Of a DNA stretch of 26,188 nucleotides, positions 23,570 through 26,188 are shown piece after piece; within the stretch, counting starts at the first letter, position 1, and the number at the start of each line of letters is the position of its first letter. Made by a program: the position numbers and the translations under genes. The notes below the pieces were generated by a model. That model was not told the DNA's origin and ran no database searches. It was given only the letters and a program-made list of their open reading frames with translations. This DNA is from a virus (lineage: Duplodnaviria > Caudoviricetes), in the IMG/VR virus record IMGVR_UViG_3300032250_000730, positions 1 to 26,188 of that record; one strand, 5' to 3'.

Positions 23570-26188
23570 TTATCTCCTTGCCAATAAAGGCGCTGTTCCG
23601 TAACTGGCTGTCATAGCTTGTTGTGTTGTAGAGCCAACGCGGTTCAGTTCGCCAGCTACCATATCACCAACTATAACTTCTATACGGCGATTTCCGCGTG
23701 AATCCATAGTTTCTTTGGTAGTTGCTTGCTGATTGCTGTAATTATTAACAACTACATCAACCTTGCTTCCACCACCACGAACTCCAAGATTACCCTGACT
23801 ATCGCGCTTTAGGGGCATAATGGCTTCGGGACCTGCTTCGCCCATTAGACCTGTACCACGTGCAAACTTAAATTGAGTAGGTTCGTTTACAATTGAGTTA
23901 GTAAACATTCCGCCTTTGGCAAAGGTTGTTAAACCAGCATCAAAAACTCCACCTTTAGCAAACTTAGGGGGTGGTAAAGGATTTGGAAGAGGTCCAACAA
24001 AACTATTGCTACCAGGAGTGCCTACGCCGCTCAGGGCACCTACAAACAACTGGGCTAGTCCACCTGCACCGCCCATGCTTGAGAATAAGGCTATTTGTTG
24101 CTGTTGAATTTCGTAACGTAGTAAACCTTCAATAAAACTGTTAATCATGTCTTTGAAACTTAATTTACCAGTTTTGGTAAAGTTAACGATAGCGTCTTCC
24201 ATACCTTTAAAAGCATTTTTAAACATTTCTGTATATGCTAGCTGTCTTGTTGTAGTATCTCTTAAAGTTTCTGCACTCTGAATTTGTGCGTCTGTTATTG
24301 CTAAAATTGCTGCTCTTTGTGCTTGATAATTCTTTAAAAGATTTTCTCTAGCTGTTTGATCTTCGGAGGCTTTTGCACCTGTAAGAGTTCCTCCGGCCGC
24401 CGCCTTAGCAAGATCTAGTTTTCCTATTTCTTGATTATAAGCAACTTCTGCTGCAGTTAGCTGCTTAGTTTGTTCTAATCTTGCCTCATTTACTTTTAAA
24501 ATATCCATTTGTGTCTTAAAAGATTCGCTATCTATTTGACCCAACTGCTCTTTAAGAGTTAGTTGATCTTGCTGTATTTTATTATTAGATAACTGTAATT
24601 CTATATTGGCTGCATTCTCTATAGCAGTTTGTTCCGCGGCTTTTAGTTCTTTGGTTTTTAATTCTACTGATCTTGCAATCTGTGCGGATCTTTGTGCTCC
24701 GGAAGTTGCAAGGGTTTCTTCTGCAAGCGATTGTCTGACAGTAGCATCTAATTGATCAAGAGTATATTTTAAATCTTGTTCAGTTACTGTTAAACCTATA
24801 GTAGCTGATGCTGCTTGCAATTTATTTATACCTACGCTGGCCTCAAGAATTCTCATAGAGTTAGCAAGCTCTTCTTTACGTTGTATAAATCTTTCATTTT
24901 CTCTTGTAAATTCAGCTTCACTCATAGATTCTTTTTGCTGAGCAAATTTTAACTGCTCTTGCTCATTATCTTTTTGCAACTTAGCTAAGGTCTGTAAACC
25001 TACGGCCCTGTCGGCATCTATTAAATTAAATTCTTTTTGTAACTTAATTGCTGCATCTTTGCCTGCAAGAGCAGCAATTTGTGCTTTTAAAGCTTCTTTT
25101 GCTTGAGCAGTAGAAAGTAGATCACTGATACCAGTAAGGGTTCCGGTATCGAGACTAGTACCAGTACCTTGCTTTAATTCTTTTCTTAATTGCTGACTAG
25201 ACTTTCCGCGATTTTCTTTTATCGCGTCTATAGCTTTTTGCTGCTCGTTTAATCCTCCCAGACCAGAATCTTTACCAAGAATCAATTTTGCACGAATTTC
25301 TCCAGGACTACCTGTAATACCTTCTCTAGCTAATCCAGAAGCAAAAGTATTTTCCATTATAGCTAAGCGCAATTCAGCATTGGATTCTATTAGATTCATT
25401 TGTGATTTTAGCATTTGTCGATCTAACTCAACTGCTTTTAAATCTAAGCTTGCTTGAAAACTTGCTTTTAATCTTGGATCATTGATACCGCCTGCGGCTA
25501 CTTTTTGAATTTCAAGCCTTGCTCTTGCTGCAGCGTCTACTAAACCTCTACTAAAAGTATCAATATTAGCTATTAGGCCGGCTCTCATAGCTTCAGTAAA
25601 CTTTGTTGAAGCACTTTGCAGTCCTGTATTAATATTACCCCTTGTAGTTTGTAGTCCATTAATTTCGTTTTTAAGGCGGCTTATAGCATCCTGGGCCTTA
25701 TCGAGCTCTCTAGTTTCAGCGCCGGTAAGACGTAAGCGGTCGCGACCAGCATATTTGTCAACAATAATTTGTTGCTCATCTAATGCTTTGTTATATAATC
25801 TCTGTTTGTACTCTACATCTGCTAACTCTGCACTAAGATTATTTAGTTCGCCTGATGTTGATAAAATATTACGTGCTGCTTCTACAGGAAACAACTGTAA
25901 AAAGTTAATATTTGTAGAAACGTCTCGCAAAGTACTTAGTTTTTCAGGTAAATCGGCATTAGCTAGTGATTTAGATAATTCTATGATTTGCTTAGAACTA
26001 TCTTCTGCAAATTTTGTTAATGGAGTAGCGTTCTTTGTTGTATTTATTAAATCTTGGTAAAGTTTACCACTTTCTGTTAAACTTTGCTGAAAAGTTTTAA
26101 GGGAACCAGCAGAAGCTACGGCTTTTTTACCAGCGTCTTCTACAAGCTTACCTGCAGCTTTTTGAATTGCTGGGCTAGAATTAAGCAA
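23570..26188 (-). CDS. Tail tape measure protein, C-terminal part (5' end outside the window)
   Basis: Long A/L/Q/E/K-rich helical sequence. TGKLSFKDMINS and FAKGG...GLMGEAGPEAIMPLKR are typical lambda-family TMP C-terminal motifs. The TTG at the window edge is not a true start. Confidence 0.93.
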   Translation of the reverse strand: MLNSSPAIQKAAGKLVEDAGKKAVASAGSLKTFQQSLTESGKLYQDLINTTKNATPLTKFAEDSSKQIIELSKSLANADLPEKLSTLRDVSTNINFLQLFPVEAARNILSTSGELNNLSAELADVEYKQRLYNKALDEQQIIVDKYAGRDRLRLTGAETRELDKAQDAISRLKNEINGLQTTRGNINTGLQSASTKFTEAMRAGLIANIDTFSRGLVDAAARARLEIQKVAAGGINDPRLKASFQASLDLKAVELDRQMLKSQMNLIESNAELRLAIMENTFASGLAREGITGSPGEIRAKLILGKDSGLGGLNEQQKAIDAIKENRGKSSQQLRKELKQGTGTSLDTGTLTGISDLLSTAQAKEALKAQIAALAGKDAAIKLQKEFNLIDADRAVGLQTLAKLQKDNEQEQLKFAQQKESMSEAEFTRENERFIQRKEELANSMRILEASVGINKLQAASATIGLTVTEQDLKYTLDQLDATVRQSLAEETLATSGAQRSAQIARSVELKTKELKAAEQTAIENAANIELQLSNNKIQQDQLTLKEQLGQIDSESFKTQMDILKVNEARLEQTKQLTAAEVAYNQEIGKLDLAKAAAGGTLTGAKASEDQTARENLLKNYQAQRAAILAITDAQIQSAETLRDTTTRQLAYTEMFKNAFKGMEDAIVNFTKTGKLSFKDMINSFIEGLLRYEIQQQQIALFSSMGGAGGLAQLFVGALSGVGTPGSNSFVGPLPNPLPPPKFAKGGVFDAGLTTFAKGGMFTNSIVNEPTQFKFARGTGLMGEAGPEAIMPLKRDSQGNLGVRGGGSKVDVVVNNYSNQQATTKETMDSRGNRRIEVIVGDMVAGELNRVGSTTQQAMTASYGTAPLLARR

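Noticed and set aside
2731-26060. Plus-strand ORFs and short alternative-frame minus ORFs in the track (e.g. 2731..3168, 4374..4694, 7475..7876, 12898..13212, 21812..22183, 25755..26060)
   Set aside because: All are nested in long, motif-supported minus-strand genes and have no recognisable motifs; they are typical shadow ORFs.
26186-26188. TTG start for the tape measure protein
   Set aside because: It coincides with the window edge; the gene almost certainly begins further upstream.

Overview
The whole window is the tail-morphogenesis region of a tailed dsDNA phage (siphovirus-like, non-contractile tail), with every real gene on the minus strand. In transcription order (right to left): the 3' part of a tape measure protein; a distal-tail/gpM-like gene; a DUF1833/gpL-like gene; a fused NlpC/P60 + gpI-like + gpJ-like tail-tip protein; a separate protein carrying the J-type C-terminus; a small 'MAYGL' tip protein; and a 1591-aa 'MTYGL' protein extended with Calx-beta-like and paired-Cys repeats. 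An intrinsic terminator sits directly against a perfect sigma70 promoter (TTGACA-17-TATAAT), which opens a fibre module: a membrane/coiled-coil protein, an adaptor, two linker/fibre subunits, a 1995-aa fibre ending in a Peptidase_S74 chaperone, two small paralogues, and the start of another fibre that is missing from the ORF track (1..393). The most striking structure is inside the 1995-aa fibre: about 12 mostly unrelated modules strung between 10 conserved LHAGN(Y/F)xSY-type linkers. Some linkers are also conserved at DNA level, and GC jumps abruptly at a repeat, consistent with a recombination-shuffled receptor-binding cassette array. No RNA genes, CRISPR array, reverse transcriptase or recombinase were seen. 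Family names come from motif recognition by eye, not from database searches.
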